Shown: one piece after another, positions 62,009 through 64,000 of the stretch
How positions within the stretch are numbered: position 1 is the first letter of the stretch
Layout of the letters: each line of letters opens with the position of its first letter
From: Marsupella aquatica
Lineage: Eukaryota > Plantae > Marchantiophyta
Direction: 5' to 3'
NCBI GenBank assembly: GCA_973895155.1
Contig: OZ316895.1
Location: forward strand, 5,786,687 to 5,850,686
Length of the DNA: 64,000 nucleotides
Translations under genes and position numbers: made by a program
The notes under the pieces: model-generated
The model's database searches: none
What the model was told of the DNA's origin: nothing
What the model saw: the letters and a program-made list of their open reading frames with translations, nothing else

Positions 62009-63694
62009 ATGGTGTCTTCTCCTCCGTCGAAGGGCAATGCAGCCGCAGACAAGGGAGGGGGCAGTCCTCTCTCGCAGATTGGTCCTCGTCGGTCCTCGTC
62101 TGCACGAGAGATGGTCCCTCCTCTATCCTCAGCCACCGAGGGCAACAATATCGCTATGTCACCGGAAGCAGCAATGGAAAAGAGCGGACCCGTTGCCCTG
62201 CCGAACGCCTCGGCGACGGAGATGGTGGCACTGGAAGTAAGCAACGGTTCTCGCCGCGAGACCAATTCCGCCACCTCCGACGCCATAGATCGGGATCCGA
62301 ACGCGTTAGGAGAAGAGGATCGCGTCACTGCTCCTCTCCTGCTGGGAGGATGGCGGCAAAAGAATGAACGGCCCTCTCTCCCAGAGGTGAATTCTTCCGT
62401 CGGTTGGCCGGTACAGACTGCACCATGGTACAAGAAAGTGTTTGCTCTCCTCGGAGTCGGTTTCATGATCAGCGTTGCGTACATGGATCCCGGTAATTGG
62501 GCCACTGACTTGCAGGGTGGATCGACATTTGGTTACACTCTCCTGGTGGTCGTTCTCTTGTCCAATTTCTGTGCCATACTTCTGCAATCTCTGGCCCTCA
62601 AACTGGGCGTTGTGGCTGAGAGGGATTTGGCCCAAGCTTGCAGAGATGCGTACCCAAAGTACGTGGTGTATGTCCTCTGGGTCATCACGGAGGTGGCCAT
62701 TGCTGCCACAGATATGGCCGAAGTCATTGGTTCAGCCACGGCGTTGTACCTTCTCTTCAAACTGCCAATCTGGGCCGGAGTGTTGGTGACGGCTTTTGAC
62801 ACCTTGTTCATTCTGATGATGGGAATCAGGAGCTTCCGGGTCTTGGAGATTATTGTTGGTGGTCTGGCTTTTCTGATTGCTGGAATTTTTGCTTACGAGC
62901 TGGGGGTTGTGAAACCGGACTGGGGGCAGGTTGCCAAGGGGCTCATCCCTGACCCCAAGATCATCACAAACAGTAACATGTTGTATAATGCTATCGGAAT
63001 TTTGGGAGCCACTGTGATGCCTCACAGCCTCTTCCTCCACTCCAGCATCATCCAGACTAGGGCTTACCCGAGGACAAAGGATGGGAAGAAGGCAATCATC
63101 AAGTATGCCCGGTGGGATTCTAGTTTGTCACTGCTCTTGGCCTTCTTTGTCAACTCTTCCATTCTGATTCTCTCAGCCGCTGCCTTCTACTATGGGCCCA
63201 ATCCTACGGCATTGGCAAGCATCACTGATGCATATAAATTGTTGTCTCCTGCTTTGGGGAGCAGTGCTGCCAAAATTTTGTTCGCAGTTGGGTTGTTGGC
63301 GAGTGGCCAGAATTCTACCATAATTGGAACTCTGTCTGGGCAAATTGTGATGGAGGGTTTCCTCCAGATTAAGCTGAAGCCTTGGATCAGAAGGTCGATC
63401 ACAAGAGGCATTGCTATCGTCCCGGCTGCAATTGTGGCTGCCATTGGGGGTAACAGCGGTGCTGGCAAGCTCTTGGTGCTGAGTCAGGTCATTCTGTCCC
63501 TGGCTCTGTCTTTTTCTGTCATTCCCTTGGTTCACTTCACTTCCTCTACTGCCAAGATGGGCCCGACTTTCGTGAACGGGATTATCATGAAGATCCTTGC
63601 GGTTGTGGTTGCCGTAATCATTGCTTGTCTCAACATCTACCTCTTGTACTCCAGTATCAAATACAACTCCTTCGGAAGCTCGGGCGGTGTTTAA
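62009..63694 (+). CDS. NRAMP/MntH divalent metal (Mn/Fe) transporter, intronless CDS, bacterial-type
   Basis: 561-aa ORF. TM1 motif AYMDPGNWATD, ERDLAQACR, AIAATDMAEVIGSA, TM6 motif GATVMPHSLFLHS, transport motif ASGQNSTIIGTLSGQIVMEGF, and LLVLSQVILS. Confidence 0.95.
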   Translation: MVSSPPSKGNAAADKGGGSPLSQIGPRRSSSAREMVPPLSSATEGNNIAMSPEAAMEKSGPVALPNASATEMVALEVSNGSRRETNSATSDAIDRDPNALGEEDRVTAPLLLGGWRQKNERPSLPEVNSSVGWPVQTAPWYKKVFALLGVGFMISVAYMDPGNWATDLQGGSTFGYTLLVVVLLSNFCAILLQSLALKLGVVAERDLAQACRDAYPKYVVYVLWVITEVAIAATDMAEVIGSATALYLLFKLPIWAGVLVTAFDTLFILMMGIRSFRVLEIIVGGLAFLIAGIFAYELGVVKPDWGQVAKGLIPDPKIITNSNMLYNAIGILGATVMPHSLFLHSSIIQTRAYPRTKDGKKAIIKYARWDSSLSLLLAFFVNSSILILSAAAFYYGPNPTALASITDAYKLLSPALGSSAAKILFAVGLLASGQNSTIIGTLSGQIVMEGFLQIKLKPWIRRSITRGIAIVPAAIVAAIGGNSGAGKLLVLSQVILSLALSFSVIPLVHFTSSTAKMGPTFVNGIIMKILAVVVAVIIACLNIYLLYSSIKYNSFGSSGGV

Positions 63695-64000
63695 GCTGTT
63701 GTCTTACTCATGTTGACTATTGAGTCTTGCCCCCAAAAAATCCTGAGTACGAGGTTGCGAATTGTATCCAATTATCCTGCTCCTGGATCCGAAGAGGACA
63801 AGAATTTATTTGGGGGAATTGTGGTGACGGGAGAAAGGTGGTGGGAGCTTTTTACATCTGGATGTTCCTGGAGGCTTCCTCGACCTGCTGGTGACTGCAG
63901 TTTTACTCCAACGAATTTTTAATTGTCCAAGGTGGAGGGTGGAGGGTGGAGGGTGGAAGGTGAAGGGAATCACGACGAGTTAGGAAAAGTCTCAGTTTTG

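Noticed and set aside
61984-63535. Antisense and alternate-frame ORFs over NRAMP
   Set aside because: Shadow ORFs of a GC-rich coding sequence.
63931-63968. (GGAGGGT)n G-rich run
   Set aside because: A short simple repeat at the window edge. Not the plant telomere motif, and no further support.

Overview
Eukaryotic nuclear DNA with GT-AG introns, most likely from a non-seed land plant (bryophyte-like; inferred from gene content, not proven). Host genes, all on +: an 8-exon CURT1/CAAD-domain protein with a long coiled-coil tail (3631-7178), an 11-exon MO25/CAB39 (22255-27336), tRNA-Glu(CTC), a small single-TM protein (48306-48848), a divergent 4-exon PsbP-family protein (54912-56968) and an intronless, bacterial MntH-like NRAMP transporter (62009-63694). 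The intergenic DNA is rich in mobile elements. These include a decayed Crypton-like tyrosine-recombinase (DUF3504-type) element with recognisable end motifs and a subterminal hairpin (~13568-16501), a young full-length Ty1/copia element (ACTTA TSD) inserted antisense into an older deleted relative (30041-38566), a long-TIR element carrying a MITE with an 8-bp TSD, two copies of a tRNA-derived SINE, and many local tandem duplications. The best candidates for novelty are the plant Crypton-like element, the CURT1/coiled-coil fusion built from repeated exons, and the PsbP paralogue that lacks the canonical mature N-terminus. Exon structures were read by eye and no searches were run.
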